Below, piece by piece: positions 11,373 through 23,212 of a DNA stretch of 64,000 nt. Source of the DNA: Perkinsus chesapeaki ATCC PRA-425. Lineage: Eukaryota > Protista > Perkinsozoa. How positions within the stretch are numbered: position 1 is the stretch's first letter; the number at the start of each line of letters is the position of its first letter. The DNA is taken from contig JAAPAO010000133.1 of assembly GCA_013115145.1 (NCBI GenBank), forward strand, positions 2,710 through 66,709, read 5' to 3'. Below the pieces are notes generated by a model. It saw only the letters and a list, made by a program, of their open reading frames with translations. It was not told the origin of the DNA and searched no databases. The position numbers were made by a program, and so were the translations under genes.

Positions 11373-14300
11373 ATGTATATCCCTAGACCATATCCTGGCC
11401 GACCTGGCTCTCGAGGGCAATCTCGAGGGCTTAGGCGAACAGAGCAGAGGGCGGCCACACCGGCTACGTTAGGAGGGTTACCATTGGATGCTGAAAGGAG
11501 GGAAGCATTGGCTTTGAAAAACAAAAGGGTTATGGATGTTGCTAAACGAAGGGCTATAGGTAAGGGTTGAAAGCTGAGCTTGAAAATATCTTTGGGGATC
11601 TTAGATGATGATAATAGAAGTAAGGAGCGTCCCTCTACATCAGCTGGAGTTAGCGGTCCCAGAAGGCGGCATTTGGACGGAGGAGGTAGACCATAAGGGA
11701 AGTTACACAGAAACCAATGAGCCTTTAGGAGCTATCGAGGAGTCCCCTAGGGGCAACAGGCCGAGCAGCGCTGCACCAGCTGTGGGCAATCTTAGAAGGG
11801 TTAAAGAGAAGCCCCCCTTGGACACAGGGATGACTGGGCTACGTTTGAGAAGTAGTATATGTCCCAGGGATAGGCATTTTACGGTTTTTCTATCAGATCA
11901 AACGCGAGCAAGCTCCGCTGGTCTACGTACGGCCCATGTGGCTGCCGGTATTCGGTTCCCCACTCCTGTCCTCCAAGGTCGCAAAGGCCGGGAGACTCCC
12001 GATATGGGCGTGAGTGACTACTGGCGATTTCTCAACCACAGAAGGGATGTTATAGAGAATCAGGTCGGTGCTGTTTTGGTGAGCATTGGTGTAGGATATT
12101 CTTAGGTTGCCCGCCTACAGCACAAAATAGACAACGACAGGCTACGTGAGGCCGCGATGAGGGCACAGACTCCTCGGTAAGGGAGTTTGGCAAATAATGG
12201 TTGACTGTGCTGATAGGCCTAATAAAGGAGGGAGTAGTAGTAGGCCACCTTCGGTTGTGGGCAGTCGCCTTAGGCGAAGGTTTGACAGTCCAATACGAGC
12301 TTATGATAAGGATACTACTGTGGTTGGTCTAGCAAATGACAACGATGATAAGGTAAAATTGGGTGCGATGTGTCGGGTGGCGGGATGACCCTGAGAATGG
12401 TTGAAATGTTTTACCAAGGAGAATGGAAAGGACTTTCTTCGGCCTAAATTTTCGCTTTGATGCCTCCTTGGGAATATAGGTCCCGTGTTGTAGTGCTGGA
12501 TTTCGCCATCACTTGAGCTCTTGATGGCATTTCACTGGGGTGCCTCCAGTTGATGGGGTTTCATGAAGCTCCCTGGAAACGTACTCTCGAACGCTTGAGA
12601 TTGAAGATGTTATGGGTTGTGGATGTGATCGTTGCTTAGAAAACATTGGCGAAGCCAGGGGATGTTCAGAGGCCGTCGACACCTAGTGTGACTGATGAGG
12701 CGGAGGAGGAGCGGTAGTGTTATTCCGTACAGAGACGCCTATCGGAGCATATCATCAGGCCAGTGTCACCTAGAGGCGATTCAGAGGCTCCTGGGAAAGG
12801 AGTTACGACCAAAGTAAGGAGTATCTGTATCGGGAATGTGAAGCGCTTTGTCAGTTGCCGAAACAGCACTCGACGGCAGCGGGACCACCCATCCCTGCCG
12901 AGCTGAAGTCGCTGGTCTTGAAGGCACAGGCATGCGACCGACCGGCCACATCACCGGCAGTTCACGGTGGTCAAATCCATGTTGCCGATGATGAGTTGGA
13001 TGGGGGAGAGAGACGTCATCATCGTACAGGCAAAGGGAAGCTGGGAACGAATCTCGAGGAGTATCAGGTAGGGGGTGGGAGGAGACATTGGGGGGAGGAT
13101 GGGGCGGTCTTGTCAGCTCGGAAGGTCTGTTGGCCAGGGTGCTTATGCCACAGTTCGGTTGGCCCATCACATGCCGACGAACTGCAATGTGGCGGTGAAG
13201 GTAGCCTTGGGTGGCCGTTTGGGGGTGGTGATTCGACTTGAGCATAGGTTTACGACAAAGTTAAGCTTTTGGACCCTCAGAAGAGGAAAGGCGTTAAGCG
13301 AGAGATGAAACTGTTGGAGAGAATGTCCCATCCCAATATCGTTCGATTTCATGATGCTCTTGATTCTACTCGACATATACTAATTGTTACCGAGTAAGAC
13401 GGAGGGGATGCGCCGTGGCGGCGGCGGGGGAGGGGGGGTTGTACTGTGGAACGAGTTATAGTATCGTACTTGGAGCAAGCATTAGTGTGATAGGTATGTT
13501 GGGGGAGGCTCATTGCATGCTCTTTTGAAGCGAAGACCGGGTCGTCGATTGGACGAGACAACAGCGGGAAGGATATTCCTACAAGTTGCGCAAGGAGTTA
13601 AATACATGCATGATAGGTGTATCATTCATAGGTGGGATGGTGCTTCCAGCGAGGCTGTGATGATGGTAACGCTGTGGTTGGTTAGGGATTTGAAGCTCGA
13701 AAATATCTTGATTGTTGGACATACTTATGAGAGTTTTTCACATGATGGTATTGAAGGGATCGGGAGCGCACGGGGCAGGACGCCATGTGGGAGGGCAGGG
13801 TCAAATGGGAGAGGATTGATAACGAGATCAAAGCATGGGCCATTCCCACCACAAGTAAGGAGCTGAAGAAATGTTTAAAAAGGGCGCGCCCGGATTTGAA
13901 CCGAGGACCTGCTGATCTGCAGTCAGCCGCTCTACCGCTGAGCTACACACCCGATACATTTTCTAGTTTGACTTTTTCATGCTTATGTTCTATCCGAAAG
14001 TGTCAGGTCCAAGCCAACGGGGAGCATCCCAGCGCCGACTGCACTTACCAATTGCCCGGCCCGCAGATCAAAATCATCGATTTCGGCTTCAGCACGATTC
14101 TACCCCCTGGAAAGAAACTGAAAGTAGTTCCCTCACCCCTAAAGACGAGCATCTCTCTCTTCTGAGGTATTTTGTGGCACTCCTTCTTATATGGCACCTG
14201 AGATTGTACAGAAGAGGGAGTATCATGGCAGTTGTGCTGATATATGGGCCTTGGGTATCCTCCTGCACGCCTTCCTTGCCGGATGCTTCCCATTCAAGGT

Positions 14301-15139
14301 TGGAACTTTCTTATCGTTTTTATGGCTGATTACTTGCTCTCTAGGGGCCTACTGATAAGGAGCTGTACAAGAAGATCGCCCGTGGAGTTTTCCAGGTGCC
14401 GAGCCACATTTCGGAGAGGGCCCAAACCTTGCTGTGTCGGCTGCTTCGGAGGGAGGCGGATAAACGCCCGCTCATTCACGTAAAGCGGCGCATCGGCAGA
14501 GCTGGCGAAGGATGCGTTGGTTGGCAGGACGTCGTTCATTCGGATTGGCTTCAACACCTATTGGGCGATGACCTTGATGAGGAGGACAGCAGCAGTCTGC
14601 TGTGCACCAGCGGTGGGATGGAGACCAACGCTTCGACGTGTGCGACTGGTGGGGGACTTGGAGGCTCCACCACCACATGTAAGTTATTAGCTCTCTCGAT
14701 GACTGATGCTGTCATAGGGACGCCAACGAGAAAGAGAGCAAAAAGCGAGGAGAGAGTTTTATATAGGGATGTTGGTAACCGGGAATGTTGCTGATCTTGT
14801 CGAAAGCGTAAAATCGTGTAGCGTTGGCAGTGCCTCCCCCAAGTATACCAAGGCCATCAACATCCAATCGGCAACAGCGGCCCAGAGCACCGCCCTCTAA
14901 TAGTGCTTATGAAGAGGATGCCATTTCAAAGCTCGTGAGCTAACTAGTGTTGCTTATGCTATATTATAGGTCTTTATAGGAGCGGCTCGGCTACAGCAGA
15001 GATGAGATACTCTCGCAGATTCGGGATGAGAAATCACATTTATCGAAGTTGTATCAACGGTTCCTTCAAGTACGTCATCATCCTCCTCCCTTAATCCGTC
15101 CCTTCAACCCCTGTTCTTCCTCCTCAGACTGTAGTATGA
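11373..15139 (+). CDS. CAMK-group (MARK/AMPK-related) Ser/Thr kinase with long N-terminal extension and UBA-like C-terminal segment
   Basis: VGQGAYATV, VAVK, HPNIVRF, IIHRDLKLENIL, IKIIDFGFS, FCGTPSYMAPE, DIWALG and FPFK motifs across exons. C-terminal EDAISKLERLGYSRDEIL is UBA-like. Start exon uncertain. Confidence 0.9.
13881..13952 (-). tRNA. tRNA-Cys (GCA)
   Basis: GGGTGTGTAGCTCAGCGGTAGAGCGGCTGACTGCAGATCAGCAGGTCCTCGGTTCAAATCCGGGCGCGCCCT: full cloverleaf, anticodon arm GCTGA-CTGCAGA-TCAGC, A and B boxes, followed by a T-run terminator. Confidence 0.95.
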
Positions 15140-15427
15140 TAGCATGGAGCTAGCGGCCATCGGTGCAGCAGCTGTTACTCCTTTCAGTGTTGCTGCTGCA
15201 GGGCGTTATCTACCAACGGTTGTTAATGTAGCATTCCTTAGCATGATGATGATGATGACGTTCCTGTCACTTATCTGTTGTTAAAATACTAAGCGTTGTG
15301 TTGTGACCCAAAGACTGTGTAGTAGGCCCGGTTGCTGCCCCTCGCGGTCTCCCCTGCCGGCGGCAGGCTCCATCAGTTTTCCGAGTTGAGTAACTGTATC
15401 AGCTAACGCAACATCATCATTATGTAT

Positions 15428-15860
15428 TCAATGCTTTGAATCATCGTCAATAGGAAGGCCGTGCTCATTCACACTAAGGCCGGTTTGAAGGTAAACAGCC
15501 TGAAACTCTTCCCTGGTGAGCTGGCCTTTACCTTGGAGCATTGCCGTTACCACAGCATCTGACACCCCGTCGCCGAAGTGCCTCTTCAATGACTCAGCGG
15601 TAATATATTCATTATCGCCATCTTTTAAATGCAGCCATAGCCACTCTATTGGTGAGGAGTCATCATCATCACCGACGATGGAAGAAGTGGATGATGAAGA
15701 AGAAGAGGAGGAGGTGGAAGATACTTCTATTATAGAAGATGGGGGCATAATGGCAAACATGCAGCAGCATGAGATGGCTGATTCTTGCTATTCTTGGATA
15801 TCCTTGAGTTCTCTCAACGCCAAAACCCTTCGAAAAATCAATTTTCCCTCGTAGGTCATT
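15428..15860 (-). CDS. Small EF-hand-like protein (degenerate loops); 5' end uncertain
   Basis: LKDGDNEYITAESLKRHF and MLQGKGQLTREEFQAVY resemble an EF-hand pair, preceded by a poly-Ser tract. Confidence 0.5.
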
Positions 15861-15982
15861 GATACTTCCAGCGATTTCCCCTCCTCCTTTGTTGGAGTTC
15901 TGCCTTTGTCAATACGGGAGGTTTGTAGTGTTATTGTGGTGGTACGGTATGGCTGGTAGGAGCAGCATTGGTGTTGTTGTTA

Positions 15983-17818
15983 ATGAGAGAGCATCACCAT
16001 CAACCACCACCGCCGCCGCCGCCTCCACCGCCGCCTCCGCCGCCATCAGGAGGAGGCATGTCTGGGGATCGTCGGTATCATCGAGGTAGCATGGATCGAC
16101 GCTCAAGTTCGGCAGCTCGTGGGCCGCCGGGTGGAGGATGGCAAGGGGAAGGAGGAGGAGAGTGGCAGCAGCATCAGCACAGCAGTCATGGTGGCAGCAA
16201 ACGGCCGCAGAGGGACTGGGAGGAGCAACAGCAGCAGCAGTCTGGATGGAATAGCTATGGTGATAGTGGGGGGAAGGGGGGGCATGATAGATGGGGTAAA
16301 GGCGGTGGTTGGCGAGGTAAAGGAGGTAAAGGAGGAAGTAGCGAACGACAGCAACGTGGGCACGATGATCGGGAGGATTGGCGTGGTGGGCACTCACAAT
16401 GGGGGAAGGGAGGCAGTGGAGAATGGGAAGGCTCTTGGAGTGGTGGGAAAGGAGATGGTAATCGACATTGGGGAGGCAGCCATTGGGAGAGTAAAGGTGG
16501 TGGAGGAGGTCACAACTGGTCCGGAGATCGGCAGAGAGGGTGGTCTGAAGGTAGAGGTTGGGGTAGTAGAAAGAGAAGTCCCGAAGGTGACCAAGGCGGC
16601 AAACGAACGAGCGGATGGGACCAGCCCGATGAGAGTAGTAATGCCTTTGGTAGCAGTGAAGATACGCCAGTGGCTGCAGCAGGCCCGCCAGTGCAGAACG
16701 TACCCCCGGCAGTGCCACCAGGAAGTTCGGCAAGCCAGTCTTCTGGTAAGGGCTCTGGTGCTCATGGGAAGGGCTTTTCTGGGCCGTGGACTGGAGGAGG
16801 GTTTTCCGGAGGCCCAGCGCCAGGTGGCAAGGGCAAGGGAGCATGGCCTCCGGGATCGGGGTTCATGGCCGCTGCTGCCGCCGCACCAAACCCAATGTTG
16901 CTGCCGTTCCTGGCGGGAAAGGGGCTGCAACAGATGCGACTGAAGCAGTTGCAACTTCGGCAGCAGGAGGCGAAGGAAAAGATGGAGAAGAAAAAGTTGA
17001 ACGCTGAGGAGAAAAAGAAGCATTTGGTTTTGATTGCTGAAGGGATCGTGAAGCTTCTCATGGGGGTTGGCGGGGGCGCGCGGGAACTGTCGTTGGAGCT
17101 TCTCCCCGATGAATTCGAGAAAATGTTCGGGGTGCCCCTGGATGTCCGGGAGCATTTTCAAGAGAGCAGTCTGCTCCGGTTTGTGCAACGATTTGAGGCG
17201 ATACCTCCTACCACGGACGAGAACGATCACACAAAGATTGTCCCGCGAGCGTTGTTCCAGGTTTATTTCGACGGGTCAAGCTCCTGGCAGATCAGGCTGC
17301 ATCCGGAAGCTCCGTGCCCGCCGCCGAGCGAGTATATAGAGTACGCAGCTGGGCAAGTGGCGAAGAGCCTTTTTGGGCCTCGACGACCGAGGACGGTCAT
17401 ACGATTGGAGAACAGCGTTCCGTTGCCGCCGAGAGCAGCAACGGCTGAAGGCGGCGGCGGTGGGGATGTTAAAAACGAGAACATAGCTAATATTATGTCC
17501 CTATTGGAGAGTATAACGACTAGTGGGCACCATCAGGAGGCTGCCAATGGAGGGGTGCCGGGCGGCGGCAGCGGCGGACAGGAAGGACTGGAGACTTCCT
17601 CGCCGATGATAGGGCATGTTGGTAAGCAGAATGCCTTTGAATTGAGCCCATCGTCTGGAAGGGCGGCAGTACAAGGTAATCCACATCAGTCACCAGTTGC
17701 TAGTGTACTTGATGGAGGTGGAAAGAGTGGAGGGGGTAGCATGGCAGCAAAGATACAGGAACTGTTGGCCAAGAGAAAGGTAGTAGTTGGTAGGCCCTGG
17801 TGGGCTGGGAGGATGTGA
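15983..17818 (+). CDS. Poly-Pro, Gly/Trp-rich low-complexity protein with LOTUS (OST-HTH)-like domain
   Basis: Long single ORF. GW/WG-rich region at about 16130-16630. LSLELLPDEFEKMFGVPLDVREHFQESSLLRFVQRF (about 17020-17205) matches the LOTUS pattern of a helix, Y/F..xxGxxL, and (G)FxSLxxF. Confidence 0.7.
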   Translation: MREHHHQPPPPPPPPPPPPPPSGGGMSGDRRYHRGSMDRRSSSAARGPPGGGWQGEGGGEWQQHQHSSHGGSKRPQRDWEEQQQQQSGWNSYGDSGGKGGHDRWGKGGGWRGKGGKGGSSERQQRGHDDREDWRGGHSQWGKGGSGEWEGSWSGGKGDGNRHWGGSHWESKGGGGGHNWSGDRQRGWSEGRGWGSRKRSPEGDQGGKRTSGWDQPDESSNAFGSSEDTPVAAAGPPVQNVPPAVPPGSSASQSSGKGSGAHGKGFSGPWTGGGFSGGPAPGGKGKGAWPPGSGFMAAAAAAPNPMLLPFLAGKGLQQMRLKQLQLRQQEAKEKMEKKKLNAEEKKKHLVLIAEGIVKLLMGVGGGARELSLELLPDEFEKMFGVPLDVREHFQESSLLRFVQRFEAIPPTTDENDHTKIVPRALFQVYFDGSSSWQIRLHPEAPCPPPSEYIEYAAGQVAKSLFGPRRPRTVIRLENSVPLPPRAATAEGGGGGDVKNENIANIMSLLESITTSGHHQEAANGGVPGGGSGGQEGLETSSPMIGHVGKQNAFELSPSSGRAAVQGNPHQSPVASVLDGGGKSGGGSMAAKIQELLAKRKVVVGRPWWAGRM

Positions 17819-17861
17819 TTGGCAATTTCATACCGTATTGGTGAGCTCGAAATGCGTTATA

Positions 17862-18643
17862 TTACTTATATCGTAATGATCTAGAGTGACGCTCGGGCGG
17901 GTCTTCTCTCTCCCGTGCCCCACCCAGTTGGGTGGATAATGAGATCGTAAGGAAGCCGTGAAGATTCGTACATCTGAACGTGTCGTCTTGCCAAGTCGTC
18001 TCGCCTTTTCCGCAGTGTGGTAGTTGATCGACTCCTCCGTGGATGTAAGTATTAGCGATGAGTATAGTTAACGAAACGAAAATTATGTTATTATGATATA
18101 TGGTCAATACTGGTGGAGCCCCCCGTGGAGTGATAGAGGATATTTGCTGCTTATTCAGGCAGCCAAGAAGAACGGTTAGACCGATCCAATCGATGAGGCA
18201 GCTTCGACAAGAAAATTATCGTAGAACACCCAACAGCGGCCACAACCATCCAGTGGCCTCACTATTGTTAGTACCATTCTCTCTATACCCTCCGTAATCA
18301 CTGCATTGCGTTTAGTAAGGGTAATTTGCTCCTTATCGTCATATAGTTGATGATGAGGGAGGAGGAGGCTTGGGAGTAAAAGAGGAAGGTCTTATTTTCT
18401 CTTTCGATAGAATCACTTCTCCTTCCCGCATCAAGAGCCCCTCAATGAAGATGCGCATTTCCGAAAGATTCGATGGTTTCTGCTCGGTGATGTAGGTAGT
18501 CGCTGGTGACCATACGTGCCGAAGGAACTCGGGAGGATCGATGTTATAATAGTCACGCGCATCGAAATTAGGATAGCTCTGCTTGATTTTCCTCTATATG
18601 TCTGGATTGTTGCGTTCGCAGTATTGGCGACGGCGAGTGGCAT
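17862..18643 (-). CDS. Possible small multi-exon hypothetical gene
   Basis: Protein-like frame RKIKQSYPNFDARDYYNIDPPEFLRHVWSPATTYITEQKPSNLSEMRIFIEGLL after a candidate AG acceptor. Gene model unresolved. Confidence 0.3.
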
Positions 18644-18688
18644 CTTTGAAAAACTTCACAGTGCGCAACCGATCCATCCTGCCAGTTG

Positions 18689-21600
18689 ATGTTCTCGAGT
18701 CGACGGCACAGGAGCAAACCATCAGGTCTGCGGAGGGTCCACAGTGAGGAGGAAGACGACGACGTTGAAGAGGTTCAGGAGGTACTAGTTTGGTACACCT
18801 CAGTGTTGAAATATCTAAAGGCAGCTGCCTTGCTTACCATTGGTTATCTCGACGAATCGTCATGGACAGTGGACTACTCGTTGCTTTAAGATGTGAAAGT
18901 CTACCGAAATCTCGTGAATTTTCCTCACCTCCTCGACGTTATGTAGTCGAGCTGCATGCATATATTCTAACTCCCCGTAGGTGGCCGCGGCACCACCATC
19001 GGCAGCACCGCTGCTGTCGATAGACGGCAGCGAGGAGGAGGAGGAGGAGGGTGAGGGCTGCGCTACTAAAGCGGTAACGGTGGTGAAGTCAAAGGAGTCT
19101 AGAAGGCTACGGAGGGAGATGAAAAGGGAGAAGAAAGGTAGAATGGACCACAAAGAACCACGCCGGTCACCATATTCTGCAGGCCTCAAGCCTCGCTCTG
19201 CCACTGTCGGAAGCAGCAGAAGCAGTAGCACGGAGAATGGCACTAGTGATGTAGTGGACCCGCTGGCACCAGCGATAAGGGGCCATGCGCGCCACACGAG
19301 GCGGGCGCAGGAGGATTGGCGGATAGAAGGCCTCGACACGGAAGGAGGTAGTTTGGATGGTTTGTGGTGGAGGGGACAGACTGGTGGTAGATATCGCTAT
19401 GCTGGCAAGTGACACTATAGAGATTGAGGAGGATAATGAGGAGGAGGATGCAGGTGTAACCATAGATGACAGGGAAGTGATGGAAGTTGAGGGTGGCCTG
19501 TTTGTGGTAGTAGCCGCCGGGCTCTGGGGTGACTGGAGCGTGGATGCTTGGCAGGTGGATGGTGACGGGGTAAGCGGCGACGAGCATATCGGTATCACCA
19601 CTACGGCGGAAGTTGCAGCTAAGAACTTTGATAATGACGAAGGTCCTTTAGGGATAGGTAGTGCGGTTGGTGGAGGGAGAGGCAGTGCAGTTACGCTTAG
19701 GGCCGGTCACGGTGACTCGGAGAGAGCAGTCGTCCATACCGATATTTGCTGGAGATGATTACGATGGCATGGAGTTGGATCCTTCAGCCATGGCTGATCC
19801 CGAAGTCATTGAATTGGCCAGACGCAAGAGGCAGAAGAAAAGGGAGGCGACGCGGTAGGGCAGCGGCAGGGGGCACCTTAACCTCCGATTTATATAGCCT
19901 TGTGGGAACATGCTTCTCGAGAGCCGATAATCGGTGATGCGATACAAAGATATTTGATATAACATGTGTTATTAGAGGATCAATGCGTACTTCTTCTTCT
20001 TTCTTGGAACAAGTGCTTATCCTCTATGGATCGCTGGAGGAGACATCAGCAGGTCCTCGGAAAACGCCATGGCACCGGTGCAAGCCAGGAAGGGCGAATT
20101 TGCTACGATCGATTTGGATCCAGGTGAGTCTCTGCTGCTGCTGCTGCTCGGCCACTGCTTTGGTCTACATCGGAGCAGGCGAGCCTGGTAATGGTCGGGT
20201 GGAGGGCAGCGGCGATGGGCATACTACTAGAGGGATGCTACGACGGTTGGAGGTAGAGAGGAAGAGGGAACAGGTGAGAGACGAAGCGAAGGATGGGGGT
20301 GCAAAATAGAGGTATATAATAGAACACACATAGCGGCGGATATTGATATCTGACACTAGGAAGCGTACATTCGAATGTTGGCATGATTCTGAATAGGTCG
20401 ATATTTGGTATAATGTGTACGTGCAGGATGTGATGACTGTTAAAGTTTCAGTTGCTGGAGTTCGGCGATGAAGATGATGACACCTGGGCCGATGCCCAAA
20501 TTAAAAAGGTGAGGAATGCTCTGTGATGTAGATGATGGTCAACGTCCCCCTAGGTGGCAGGTCTGCAGAAGTTGAAGGAGTTCCAGCAGAAGAGGGCCAA
20601 CGCTGCCATGGTGGCCGAGAAGACCACTGGCGAGAAGATGGCCGAAGGTGGGCCCGCTGGATGGATCAACTGGTATACTTCCTGTCAGACCTCTTTGCCG
20701 CGGATCCTATCCCTTCCCTTGAAGATGCTCTGGACGCTGTTTATCGGAAAATCAACTCAGAGAAGGTGCATGTCCGCTCCAACACTTCCTTTGCTGCACT
20801 ATTGGACCTCCTTCTTCCTACTCCTGAAATTTACGTCATCTTTCGCCACGTATTCCACAGCCTCTCAGGCTTGCGTCGCTCAGGTTCATCTGGTGGATCT
20901 CCAAGGCCGACACAAGACTCTCGCTGCGGAGCGAGCGGAGAGCCAAAGATTCCTGGAGAGAATGGAGAGTGAAAGCCTCGAGGAGAACGAGAAGTTGGAT
21001 GTTCTCACCGTAGGGCGCCAAAACGCGCTATTCCGCAGCATCGCTCGTTCCTATCAGGACTTCCGCTCCTATGTGGAGGATCTTGGAAGCTTCCATGATG
21101 CCAAGTACGACCAGACGGACAACGCCCTCAATTTATTAGACAACATAGAGAAGAATGTAAAGCTTATTGAGTAGAGGATTGCTCAATTTGTTACACTCTC
21201 AGGTGTGTGCGGCTCATTACGAAAGGAAGGCCATGGCGGTGAGGAGCGGGTAGATCATAACATTCAGTGGGATGCTTCACCATTATTGTATCAGATTGCA
21301 CGGCAACAACAGTGACGATTCGGAGGAGGGTCAGATAGCTCAGGCGAGGTGAGTGGTTGACACTGGACAGCTAGAGGTGTCAGAATATTTTGTTGGACAG
21401 GTTCCAGTGGATCGGTGATCGGAGTTCTGAAGACGGCTACATCACTTCCGATGGAGAGTATTCTGATGATGGCCTTCGAGACGGAGATCAGTCTTGGCAG
21501 GCTCTCGCTCGGGATAAGAAGAAGTTCCTCAAAGTGGGCGGTCTGCGTTTTGGCACTCGTATTTTAATTACCCGAAAATTAGCAGCTCCTTGTTTCGATC

Positions 21601-22966
21601 AAGGGACCTTTGGGTTATGAGCCCAACACGCTATCCACTGCGCCAAGCTGCTTTGTACTAGAAGGATTTGATGACTTACGACATTCTTGAAGACTAATTG
21701 ACGCATCTCTCTCTTCTTTATCAGGCGGCTTATCTACAACTGATGGCCGACGTGTCTGATGACTTCAGAACAGTTAGAGCCATCTGCACCGAGTTTGAAA
21801 AGGTGCTGATCTACTTCCCCCCGCCCCGACCGACTCCTATCATCATCTCACCTCGCAGGTTCGTACTGCCTGCCCAAAACTGTACAGACAAGCCTTCCTT
21901 GGAGCCAGTCTGGAGGAGGCGGTTGCCATTGCTGTTCGGTAGCCGGCAGCTGGCCAATAGTTACCTCCGCTGTGAGACAATCCTCAGGTACCAATTGCTC
22001 TATTGGGACCCTTTCAATTTATCTGACACTTCATCTGAGGGGGAAGGCGATGATGATGGTGAGCCACGGATAGTCACCACAGTCGATGAAGTGATGGATA
22101 TGGAATGGTAACGTACGGTAACTGCCTCGCAGTGTTAGGACATTCGACTTTGTTCAGGTTTGTTAGCCTTAGTGACTACTGCAACCCTCCAGGGCCCCTC
22201 TCCATGGAGCAAGCGGGCATGGCACCGAAGGCAGTGACAGCCGACAGCCTAGTGGTCCCCCATGTAGTTCACGAGTGCCTCTTCGATCGTGTCCGCCACT
22301 TCCTTGCGAATGTGTGGGACATAACCAGCGCAAAGCACGCCAGAATTGTGAAGGAGCTCCTCGCGGTGTGTATCGATTTTGATGAGACCTCAACCGCAGC
22401 TGGCTCGCCGTATAAGGATGTCATCTTGCCGGCTTGCGAGGAGAAGATAGCAGGCCAGATTGATGGACTCATTATTGCCGATGAACAGTGGAAGGTAAGG
22501 ACCTGAGCGTAGCCTGGTCGCAGCCATTCCCCTCAGACATTAGCCCCATCGGTGAGACTTCGTGTGCTGCGAAGGTTGGCCAAAATGTAGGCTGGAAGCA
22601 TCCTGGAAGAGTACACGGAATTCGGTTTCAGATTCTCATGCGTGAGCTTTGTCGGGACACCCTTCCTCCCGCTGGCCGTTGTTCCTCTGACTAAACTCCT
22701 AGTTGATAACATAATCAATCGACTCGGCAGTTTAACCGATGCCGATGATGCCAAAGAGATACTGGAGAGGGTCCTCAAGGCAATCCCAGAGCACTGGGTT
22801 CTACAGGTAATGATAGTGGCCCGAGGGTCCTCGGGGACTTTACCACCCTCAGATGGCGCCCGATGCTCGAGACGCTATGAAAGTTGCCATACAGGAGGCT
22901 TGCCAAACCCTAGAGGTCGACATTAAAGCTCATTGTCGAGTAGAATGCCTCGCCAGAACCGACTGA
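18689..22966 (+). CDS. GCFC-domain protein (PAXBP1/GCFC2/Ntr2-like spliceosome-associated factor)
   Basis: Acidic/basic disordered N-half. DEDDDTWADAQIKK, YQDFRSYVEDL, MADVSDDFRTV..ICTEFEK, YQLLYWDPF, MDMEW and VVPHVV...VWD follow the GCFC domain motif order. Confidence 0.75.
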
Positions 22967-23014
22967 CCATACGATGTTTCATCCATTGCTTGTTGCGTTA
23001 TCAGTTGTGCTCTG

Positions 23015-23202
23015 AATTCAGTGTTCAGCACTGAAAGCCAAGGCGTTGAGAAACAGTTAAGATAGCAAGTTACGTCGCAGCGTGCTTGCGTACACATTCA
23101 TCAGTATATAAGCCTTTTTAACCACCCGTCTGTGGTATTGAGTTACTAGCGGCTTGCCGCATAGTCTCCGTGTACTTATCTCAACAACCCCTACACGGAA
23201 TT
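23015..23202 (+). repeat. 5' LTR (AATTC...GAATT)
   Basis: Identical to 29332-29519 except T23071 vs G29388. Contains TATATAA at 23105-23111. Confidence 0.93.
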
Positions 23203-23212
23203 TTCTACCGGG

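Noticed and set aside
15909-17230. Long overlapping ORFs (15909-16844 -, 16119-16943 +, 16394-17230 -)
   Set aside because: Shadow frames of the low-complexity G-rich coding sequence, with no independent motifs.
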